Virus record (IMG/VR): IMGVR_UViG_3300046370_000603
Direction: 5' to 3' (one strand)
DNA length: 64,000 nt
From: a virus
Within the stretch, counting starts at the first letter, position 1. Every line of letters starts with the position of its first letter. The translations under genes were made by a program, and so were the position numbers. Below are positions 45,061 to 53,680 of this stretch, one piece after another. The notes beneath the pieces were generated by a model, which was given only the letters and a program-made list of their open reading frames with translations, was not told the DNA's origin and did not search any database.

Positions 45061-45474
45061 ATGATACTAAGAAACCAACAAGATCCACGATACACAATCA
45101 AAAAGAATCGTCCCGTATATGTTTACAAGAATCTACATAAAGATTGTTGGAGCATCAAGCAACATGGATTAGTAAAAGCTCACATTCCAAAGGATCATGC
45201 TATTGGATTATGGGATTGCTATTTTCATGTCGATGCCAAAGGCAGAGAAAAAGTTCTTCGTGAGAAGCGTAAGAATGTTCATGCTTTTGTCAAGGGCTAC
45301 CTTCAAGATGCTGAGAATGTATCTCGCAATCCCCAAGTTGTCACCAGGAAAGTCGAGGTAACATATAATCCTTACAAGTATGAGACTTTTGTCGAGAAGG
45401 ATACCGAAAAGTTTGCGTACTATGCAGACGAAGTTTTATTAACACACAACAAAGTAACCGCTTATATGTCATGA
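45061..45474 (+). CDS. Conserved phage hypothetical protein
   Basis: VYKNLHK.CWSI...GREKVLREKRKNVHAFV.G...YNPYK motif recognised from other phages. Confidence 0.6.
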   Translation: MILRNQQDPRYTIKKNRPVYVYKNLHKDCWSIKQHGLVKAHIPKDHAIGLWDCYFHVDAKGREKVLREKRKNVHAFVKGYLQDAENVSRNPQVVTRKVEVTYNPYKYETFVEKDTEKFAYYADEVLLTHNKVTAYMS

Positions 45475-45832
45475 ATATTACAACAGCATTAGAAATTGTA
45501 TTAGACCTAGCCAATCAAAATGTTATTGACGATCCTGAAATGAAAGAGGAGGCATCAAAACAAAATGAAGCTATTGAATGGGTTGCATATTATTTAGAAA
45601 ATTTTATAAAGAAAGGTAAACATTAAAATGAAAGAAGAATTATACTCAATTAAAACCGCCATTGACGGACTCAGCGATGAGATACTAGAACATCGCAGAC
45701 ACGCAAACATGGACGACCTCGTCAAGGTAATGAAGAATATCAACGACAATCTTGTTGCAATTAGTTTCGACTTAAAAGATCTAGTTGAAGCAAAAAAGTT
45801 TCAAAATGAGTTGACAACCGCACTCAGATAGG

Positions 45833-45904
45833 TAAATCCTTTATAGTCAGTCACTTAGGTGACGGGCTGCCGCGCGATCTAAGTGCTTGATATTCAACGA
45901 TTTA
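45833..45904. repeat. Dyad element copy 3
   Basis: TAAATCCTTTATAGTCAGTCACTTA-N22(GGCTGCC)-TAAGTGCTTGATATTCAACGATTTA. Confidence 0.9.
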
Positions 45905-46346
45905 AAAAAATCAAAATTACTTAACTTTTTTCTTGCTATAATTAGGTATTTAGCCTACTATGTATATATGAAAGCGAGAGAGATAAAGATCAGAAAACCA
46001 ATTCTTTTTACTAAGTCCCGCCCGCACAAAGTTAAAAACAAGACAATCCACAGAAAACTCAAACATAAGGAATTATTAGCATGAATATCAGCGAAGACTA
46101 TTTAGACAATGAAAACCCAAATGCAGACGAAGTAATGACTCGAGCCATGAGTTGGCTTTGGAAACACTTCATTGAACCTAACACAGATCACATTACAGAA
46201 GAACAAGCTGAAATGCTTACAATGATTGGCGTTAGCTTTAAAATGATTGCAGAACAAGCTGATGCTTACGATCAAACTTTTGAAGAAAGTCCATATTTAA
46301 ACAATTAACTCTTGACAAAAAACATTATAACTATTATTATACTATC

Positions 46347-47219
46347 ATGAATACAGAAGAAAACAACATTAACGCTCCTCGCAAATCCGTAAACTTACAC
46401 ATTTGTGGAGGTAATCGTACTTTAGTAGATTTTGATCAAGTGCAAGCAGTACCAACTCCTTTGGCAACCATGCGTAGCAAACCAAACAAAAGAACAGGTG
46501 AGCTTGCTGTTTCTCATCAGCCAATCGCTCATGATGAGCTTATCGTTCGCACTAGAGAATCTTTAACTCAAAAAGGTTTTGCTATTCAAGATGAAGTTCA
46601 CTCTCTCGCTAGAGGCGATCAGCACTATTTCGGTTTATTTGCCGTAGATCATCCTAATCGAGTTGCAACTGATCGTGGTTGCGTTGTGGGCGTTCGTAAC
46701 TCTCACGACAAAACATTCCCCGCAGGACTTTGTGCAGGTGATGCTCCATTCGTTTGCGATAATTTAATTTTTACCAATACCATTAAACTTGCTCGCAGAC
46801 ATACTCGCAACATTCTCAACGATCTTGACTTTATGATCAATCGTGCTTTGGGTAAGTTGTTCGGATTTTGGCATGGACAAGATCAAAGAATTGAAGCCTA
46901 CAAAGATCGTTCTATCGGCAATGTTCTTGCTCACGATCTAATCATCAAAGCGGTTCGTGCAGGTGCTTTACCAAAATCTAAAATTCTTGATGTTGCAGAT
47001 CAATGGGAATCAAGCGATCATGTTGAATTTAAGGATCGCAATGTCAATTCTCTTTATAATGCTTTCACCGAAATTTACAAAGGCAACTTAGTTGCCTTGC
47101 CAAATCGCTCGGATGCTCTTCATTCTGTTCTTGACAACTATGTTGATTTTAATATCGACAACCATGTTGAAAATACTCTTGATATGGAAGTTGTTGAAGG
47201 CGAATTGGTTGAAGTTTAA
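46347..47219 (+). CDS. DUF932-like phage/plasmid protein
   Basis: H.PI.H, GVRNSHDK, G...FVCDNL.F, RRHT, SLYNAFTE. Confidence 0.65.
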   Translation: MNTEENNINAPRKSVNLHICGGNRTLVDFDQVQAVPTPLATMRSKPNKRTGELAVSHQPIAHDELIVRTRESLTQKGFAIQDEVHSLARGDQHYFGLFAVDHPNRVATDRGCVVGVRNSHDKTFPAGLCAGDAPFVCDNLIFTNTIKLARRHTRNILNDLDFMINRALGKLFGFWHGQDQRIEAYKDRSIGNVLAHDLIIKAVRAGALPKSKILDVADQWESSDHVEFKDRNVNSLYNAFTEIYKGNLVALPNRSDALHSVLDNYVDFNIDNHVENTLDMEVVEGELVEV

Positions 47220-47242
47220 AAATTGGTTTGTCGTTTCGTTTT

Positions 47243-47270
47243 GCTCCCCCGATTGGGGGAGCTTTTTTTT
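47243..47270 (+). terminator. Intrinsic terminator
   Basis: GCTCCCCC-GATT-GGGGGAGC + T8. Confidence 0.85.
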
Positions 47271-47289
47271 GGAATGATTTAGGCTTTTG

Positions 47290-47361
47290 TAAGTCTTTGG
47301 TTATCAAGCACTTAGGGGCGCGGCTGCCGCGCGCCATAAGTCGCTGATGTTCAACGATTTA
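47290..47361. repeat. Dyad element copy 4
   Basis: TAAGTCTTTGGTTATCAAGCACTTA-GGGGCGCGGCTGCCGCGCGCCA-TAAGTCGCTGATGTTCAACGATTTA. Confidence 0.92.
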
Positions 47362-47651
47362 AGAATGTCATTTTAGTTCATTTTTTTCTTGCGTTAAATT
47401 GTTTTTTTTGCGATAGTGTAACCATGAAAAGAATAGTAAAAATCTTAATGGAGCGTGACGGGCTTTCCCGCGAAGACGCTATTCACCAAACCGCAACTTT
47501 TTTCCGTGAAATGTCTGAAGACATTGCAATGGGTGGTGATCCATTCGAATGGGAAGAAACATTTACCAGTGAGTTTTCTCTAGAACCAGATTTTTTTGAA
47601 GATCTTATTTTTTCGCTTGCAATTGCATAAAAATTTGGTTAGTTTTATATT

Positions 47652-48377
47652 ATGAATCTATTATCAAACCCATCTAAAATGCCTTGCTTAGGCTTTAACA
47701 TTCCCGCTTTCAAGTATTGCCCTGCAGCTCAACTCATGGCAAAGGTCAAGGACAAAGCAAAAAAGTTTATTTGTGATGCTTGTTATGCTTGCAAAGGTTT
47801 TTATATGTTTAACAATGTCAAACAAAGTTTGCAAGACAAGGCAAATTTTGTCACCAAGTCTTTACATCGAGACAATGGGCAAACTTTTGTAAATGAGATA
47901 TCCAAGCAAATCAAGGCAAAGTATTTTGACAAGCAAGGCAACAAAAAAGTTTTAAAGAATGTCAACACAGATCTTTTTCGTGTTCATGATTCAGGAGATC
48001 TTTTTTCCCCAAAGTATATCGAGGCATGGATTAAGATTTGCGAAAATTTTCCTTCAATTCGCTTTTGGTTTCCAACTCGTGAGTGGGCAAGAGATAGTCA
48101 ATTGCCTTCACTTCGCAAGCTCGCAAGTTTAAAGAATGTTTGCTTAAAACCAAGTGCTTTATATGTTGATGAACCCGCTCCACAAATCGATGGTCTAGAT
48201 GCGGGAACTTCCGTCTATAGCTCAAAAGAGAAAGCTGAGCAAGACGGGCATTTTGTTTGTCCCGCAACTTATGTTAAGGGCGAAGACGGCAAGGTTCTTG
48301 CAACTTGTAAAGCTCATAATTGCAACTTATGTTTTATCAAAGGATGCAAAAAAGGTATTGCATATTTAGCTCATTAA
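47652..48377 (+). CDS. GP88-like Cys-rich phage protein
   Basis: SKMP..FNIPA..CP, C.ACYA.KG.Y, FRVHDSGD, FWFPTRE, C-terminal CPA..C...C..C. Confidence 0.7.
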   Translation: MNLLSNPSKMPCLGFNIPAFKYCPAAQLMAKVKDKAKKFICDACYACKGFYMFNNVKQSLQDKANFVTKSLHRDNGQTFVNEISKQIKAKYFDKQGNKKVLKNVNTDLFRVHDSGDLFSPKYIEAWIKICENFPSIRFWFPTREWARDSQLPSLRKLASLKNVCLKPSALYVDEPAPQIDGLDAGTSVYSSKEKAEQDGHFVCPATYVKGEDGKVLATCKAHNCNLCFIKGCKKGIAYLAH

Positions 48378-48569
48378 TCTATAATTAAAGCCATGAATGA
48401 AGAAACTTATTTTGACTCAGCCCAAGGAATTGACATTTCACAAGATCGTGCCTTAGAAGAATTAGCCAGGCACGGCATTACTTCCAGTGAGGAAATTATT
48501 GAATTTTTTGAAGACATGGGCGACAAGGAAGGGTATTCAGCCCAAAAAGTTCTTGAGTGGTTAGGCTAC

Positions 48570-48641
48570 TAAAGCCTTGACTATCAAGCACTTAGGGGCG
48601 CGGCAGCCGCGCAAGCTAACTGCCTGTTAGCCAACGACTTA
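48570..48641. repeat. Dyad element copy 5
   Basis: TAAAGCCTTGACTATCAAGCACTTA-N22(GGCAGCC)-TAACTGCCTGTTAGCCAACGACTTA. Confidence 0.9.
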
Positions 48642-49573
48642 CACAAGCATTTTTATTTAACTTTTTTCTTGCGTTAATTGTAGAAAGAGTTTAATGTGTT
48701 TATATGATTAACTACGACATACCAAACTCAATCTCACAATTCAACCCAAAACCTTCTATGTTAGATTTTGACGATCTAGATTTTCAACCACATCGTGGTG
48801 CTGATGATGCAGTCCAAGCAAGACTTGACTTTGGCAACGGGCTAGAAATTTCTGTTGTTGCAAGTAAAGATGGCAGAGCAGGATTATATGGTAGTGTGGA
48901 GGAAGATTTGTACGAAGTTGCAGTTTTTTACAACAATGAAATGATTCCGCTTTCTCGTTCTGACGATGTTGTTGGCTGGCAATCTCCTGCTCAAGTATCT
49001 ATCCTAATGGCGAAAGCTCAATCCGAAGGAAGCGTTTGGGTTGATGAGCTAATTGCAGACAAAGCAGAATTTAGAAGAGATTTAGGGCTTGACGACTAAA
49101 CCAAACTAAACTATATTATTACTATGACAGAAGAACAAAGACTCGCAGTTATCGCTAACGCATATCGTGAATCCAAAGGTTTGCCAACTAATTCCTCAGT
49201 ATTAGAATTAGTCGCAGACTTACAAGCAGAACAATTGGTTGTCGAGCATGGATTGAAAGATGTTGAAAGAGATGACATTACAGATGAAACTCAGTTCTTA
49301 CTTACTGATGTCGCTGAAGATATTGATGAGGAAGATGAAGAAATCGGATTATCCGATGAAATGAAAGGAATATATTATGATAGTTGAATTGTTTTTATTA
49401 TCGCCTTGGCTTCTTGTTTTTTATATTATGTGGAAAGATATGATAGAAGAATGATGCCAATTTTAATTATATTATCGATTCTACTTTATCTTTATATCCA
49501 AGACTAAATTTCTCAAATAGCAAATAACTTTTTTTAGTAGTATTAGTTGAAGTTGTTGGATTAGCCCTCGTCC

Positions 49574-49645
49574 TAAGTGATTGATAATCAAGCACTTAGG
49601 GCGGGCGGCTGCCAAATTCATAAGTCCTTGATTATTAAGGATTTA
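49574..49645. repeat. Dyad element copy 6
   Basis: TAAGTGATTGATAATCAAGCACTTA-N22(GGCTGCC)-TAAGTCCTTGATTATTAAGGATTTA. Confidence 0.92.
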
Positions 49646-49889
49646 TTTTTTTTATTTTTTTCTTGCAAGTTTTATTTTTTTATAGTAGTTTACTTTTATG
49701 GATAATCAACAAGACTCTCTCGAAAACATTGCTCACGCCTACGGCATCACTGATGCTGATCTTGATGAACGCGAATCTGTGCTTGCTCAAATAGCACAGG
49801 AAGAACTTGAAGAGTATGACCGCCAAGCTCTCAAAAAATTCTCTGAAAACGAGGATTTTGACTGGGGTTATCACGCCCAATGGGATTTC

Positions 49890-49961
49890 TAACTCGTTGG
49901 TAGTCAGTCACTTAGGTGACGGGCTGCCGACAAGCTTAAGTCTTTGATTATCAAGCTTTTG
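49890..49961. repeat. Dyad element copy 7
   Basis: TAACTCGTTGGTAGTCAGTCACTTA-N22(GGCTGCC)-TAAGTCTTTGATTATCAAGCTTTTG. Confidence 0.9.
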
Positions 49962-50023
49962 CAAAAGCATTTTTATTTACTTTTTTTCTTGCGTATTTTA
50001 AAATTTTGTTCTAGTGTGTATAC

Positions 50024-50230
50024 ATGAAACATTCAGAAAGTGGAACTCGCAAAGTGTTAAAACAATTACGGAAATGTCCTGAAATCGAAAAGATTCGTGA
50101 GACTGCAAGTGGGCATATGATCCTTGCTAGAAATGGAGAGCAGTATCTCGCCCATTTTAGTGCAAGAGCATTTCACCCATTGCGTAGATGGTTAAAAAGA
50201 AACACTTCATTAAAAACATTAAAATTCTAA
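50024..50230 (+). CDS. Small basic protein, possible HicA-like fold
   Basis: 68 aa, helix followed by RETASGHMIL...H pattern reminiscent of HicA. Confidence 0.3.
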   Translation: MKHSESGTRKVLKQLRKCPEIEKIRETASGHMILARNGEQYLAHFSARAFHPLRRWLKRNTSLKTLKF

Positions 50231-50234
50231 AATT

Positions 50235-50456
50235 ATGGATACTTACAACGGCTGGAAAAACTGGGCGACCTGGAATGTTGCTCTTTGGTTAGGGAATGAC
50301 GAATATCTTTACAAACTTTCTCGTAGGTTTGTTAATTACAAAGATCTTGCAAATACGCTCATAGAAATGGGTAGTCCTTGTACGCCTGACGGGGCAAGGT
50401 ATGCAGATGAAGACTTAGACACCTACGCCCTCGATGAATTGTTGCAAGAAGAGTAA
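50235..50456 (+). CDS. Conserved phage hypothetical protein
   Basis: YNGWKNWATWNVALWLGNDE.LY...TPDG motif. Confidence 0.6.
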   Translation: MDTYNGWKNWATWNVALWLGNDEYLYKLSRRFVNYKDLANTLIEMGSPCTPDGARYADEDLDTYALDELLQEE

Positions 50457-50524
50457 GTCGTTGATTATCAAGCACTTAGGTGCTTGGCAGCCGCACCCAT
50501 AAGGGCTTGGCTATCAGTGACTTA
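50454..50524. repeat. Dyad element copy 8, at the convergence of + and - transcription
   Basis: TAAGTCGTTGATTATCAAGCACTTA-N21(GGCAGCC)-TAAGGGCTTGGCTATCAGTGACTTA. Confidence 0.92.
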
Positions 50525-51383
50525 TGTCAGCAATCTTTTTGTGATTCCCATTTTAGTTTCCAATCCCTGCAACGGCAGGAAGTTTTTAGTGCGGGTGTTG
50601 AAAGTTTTGCAATTTGTTGCCCGACATCAAATCGTGCTTGCCAAGCTTTGCCGTAAGCAACCGATTGATCTTGCAAACTCTTTGAATTATCCCAAAGATT
50701 ATAGCAACGGGCATTTAAGTCATTCCATTTTTGATTTAATTCTTGCAATGTCATAATTATTTTCCCCTTATAGTTTTTCGGTTAACATTTCTTCCCTTAC
50801 CGCATTGTTTGCAATGTTGTTAATTTCGGTCATCCATTTATCAACATTTTCATTGAACACTTTTCCATCGCCTGAAATGTTTTCTGCAACTGTGTTTTTA
50901 ATAGCTCTTGCTTGAGCCGCAATGCCTAAGAGTGCTCTTGACAAGTTGTAAGCTTGGTGATTTTTATATGAATCGTTTTCTATTAAGTCAACGATTGAGA
51001 TGGTGTCCGTATTAGCTTTCATATATATAAGGTAAACGATTTATTAAGTAATTGCGAATTTTATTTTAGTAAATTTAAAAGATCATTTACGCATGGTTCA
51101 GTGATGTGTCCATCTACTTTCATTGCGTCGATGATTTCTTTATTTGTTACATCTTTAGATGCTTCGACTATTTGATCCCAAGTCCAAACATTATTTGCGA
51201 CATCTTCCCACAGGGAAACGCCCGACTTTTCGTCGCGTGAAAACTCAAGAAGCCCATTGACTCCGATTACATGATTGATTCTGATCTTATCCATAAAAAC
51301 AAGGTAAACTAGTGGTGCGTGTTTTGCAAGCAAATACAGATTTTTTTTTGTCTTTTTATTTAAATACCAAATAGTCAAATAGT

Positions 51384-51452
51384 GCAACTTTTTAGGAGTG
51401 GCGGGATTGTGCAACTTTATAGTTGTAGTAGTATTGGGCAACTTTATAGTTG
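51384..51452. repeat. Three GCAACTTT(ATAGTTG) direct repeats with 27-bp period
   Basis: Copies start at 51384, 51411 and 51438. Confidence 0.75.
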
Positions 51453-51477
51453 GCACACTTCCTGAACTCCTCTTTTG

Positions 51478-51548
51478 TAAGTCGTTGTTTATTAAGCACT
51501 TACAGCAGCGGCAGCCGCCTCCCTAAGTGCTTGATTATCAGTGACTTA
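51478..51548. repeat. Dyad element copy 9
   Basis: TAAGTCGTTGTTTATTAAGCACTTA-N21(GGCAGCC)-TAAGTGCTTGATTATCAGTGACTTA. Confidence 0.92.
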
Positions 51549-52584
51549 GGAGGCTGATCTTATCGGTGTGCTAGACCTTCCAATCGTGCTATTTGATTGT
51601 CCAATTCTATTTGTATGGCTTCAATGTCTGAAGCCTTCTTTTTATTGTTTAATTTCATCGCCTTGACTCTTTCGTTATTCAACGCCATGATTTGAGTTCT
51701 TAATTTGTTTATTGTGTTTTTTATGTATTCCATGATTAGATTAAATCGTAGTATTGTGGCGAGTAGTCAACATGGCAAGAGTGGGATTCTATCTCTTCAT
51801 CCATGTTGTCGTTAAGTTCTTTTTTAATTGCTTTGACAAGATCCAAATTGATTGAATCAATCTCTTTGCCGTTACCATCAAAACGCTTTACGCTTTCAAG
51901 AGTATCAAAGTAAGCTACCAAGTGAACGGCTGAGACTTGGTCTCCATAAAGAGACTCCTCTGTATCTGTCGATGCTCTACCTTGCAGTTCGTAGTATTCT
52001 TCGCCCACTTCAGCATAGGCGGAAAACTCTTCTTCGGTTACTTCGTCGAATTCTATTTTTATTTCTGTCATACCTTACTATCGTCTATTTTTTAACTTTT
52101 GTCAAATTTATTTTGAATTATTTTTGAAACATTATTTCAAGGCAAGTGTCGAATTGTTCACGAAAGAGTCTTGGTGCATCTGTGACAAACCAAGTTTTGC
52201 TAGTGTTTGTGATTAACCTTTCTGTGATCTTTTTGCTTACGACATCTAAAAGATCTGTATTCTCGTAAATGTTGGATTCTGTCAATTCGTTTGTTTGTTC
52301 GTTTACTAGCTTTGCCATGTAGACATCTATATATTCGGGTTTATATGAATCATTTATCAAGATGTCATCTTGACAAGCTACTGCCTCAACCCTGTAAGTT
52401 GTGCCGCTTATTCCCATCAGGAAGTTAAAAGTGAATTCTTCTGTGTCTGTATTGTATATTGATTTCATATACATAAACTAAGGCATATATTAACTAAAGT
52501 CAAATTTATTTTGAATTATTTGGCAACTATTTTATTGCATTATTCTATCACATGAATTGGCATGGTTTCTGTACATGCGTCTCG

Positions 52585-52655
52585 TAAGTCGTTGTTTATT
52601 AAGCACTTACGAGGGCGGCAGCCGCCGCCCTAAGTGCCTGATTATCAGTGACTTA
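52585..52655. repeat. Dyad element copy 10
   Basis: TAAGTCGTTGTTTATTAAGCACTTA-N21(GGCAGCC)-TAAGTGCCTGATTATCAGTGACTTA. Confidence 0.92.
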
Positions 52656-53680
52656 GGAAAGCGTTTTAGTTATAGTGTATAGATGTATAGTGCAACCGAT
52701 AAGAGGATTATGCAAGTCATACATACACCTCCTCTGTATGTGTTACCCAATCGTATTCGTCAATTTCTTGCCCGTTTAGCATAGGGGTAAAGTTCTTTTG
52801 ATAAATGCCTAATCCTGTTATGCCGTTGACTCTTTCCCTTGTTGTTGGAGTGTTCCAACCTGCAAGCGTTGCCATTACAAGCCCGCTTACATCTCGTTTG
52901 ATTATCTCGTTGCCATGTAAGAAGACGCTTGTGCCGTCTGTTCTTGTGTTGCCAACCTTTAGAGAAGTGCCTTGCTCAAAGGCTTTTTTAATTCTTTCTG
53001 TTACTTTACGCATTTGTTTCTTCCTCTGTTATGATTTGAAAATGTGGATTGTTTCGTTTTATTTGTTTTGCAATTTGCAAGGCTTTTGCTTGTGATTTTG
53101 CGTTGTCTATTAGTTCCCCAAAAAGGCGAATGTCAAACCAATTTGAAAAGTTAGGATTTCGTAGTATTTTAATCATTTCTATTTTTACCTTTCCTTGTGT
53201 GTTGTGTCAAGACTTACCTTTTAAAGTAAGCCTTGACTTGATCGGCAGTTGCCTTGATTAGGTCAGAGATAAAAACCTCTGACTCGAAAAGATGATCTTG
53301 CGAATGATGCTTGATCGTTGCGACCCGTTGAGATCCGACTCTGTCGATAGACACGAGACGAACAACTTTATTATTAACCTTTGAGTGGTAAAGGCTTCCG
53401 ACTTTTAATCCTTTAGTAATGTTCATATATACAAGGTAAACGAATTGGTGCGTTGTGTCAAACTATTTGAGTAAAAAAAACGCTTTTTTTAAAAGTTTTT
53501 TTGGTTGCACTATACCCCCATTTTTTGAATTTTTTCCCGCCCCTCAATCTCAGATTTGGCGGGGGGGTGGGTTTTCTCAAAAAGTTTCCCGCGTATTCTC
53601 ACTGAAATAACCTTTTTTGAAAAAAAAACGACGCATATTTGAATTCTAACTGTATATAATGATAATAATATTATATAAAT

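Larger units (their letters stand above)
50527..53426 (-). other. Block of minus-strand small ORFs (50527-50754, 50768-51022, 51061-51294, 51736-52071, 52118-52468, 52717-53013, 53214-53426)
   Basis: ORF track plus minus-strand -35/N17/-10 promoters that end 5-6 nt before several of the ATGs. Confidence 0.75.

Noticed and set aside
50484-50756. Plus-strand 90 aa ORF and similar shadow ORFs (52805-53095, 59472-59753, 3411-3743)
   Set aside because: Antisense or alternate-frame overlaps of better-supported genes.
51295-51456. N-terminal extension of ORF 51061-51456
   Set aside because: Covers a promoter and the repeat tract; the leaderless promoter places the start at 51294.
43217-52655. CRISPR array or TIGR-type guide array
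   Set aside because: Intervals are 0.25-1.6 kb, variable and gene-containing; repeats are degenerate; no cas or Nop-domain gene is visible.
43217-52655. Classical integron attC sites or IS/MITE ends
   Set aside because: No consistent RYYYAAC/GTTRRRY ends, no target-site duplications, and no IntI or transposase in the window.
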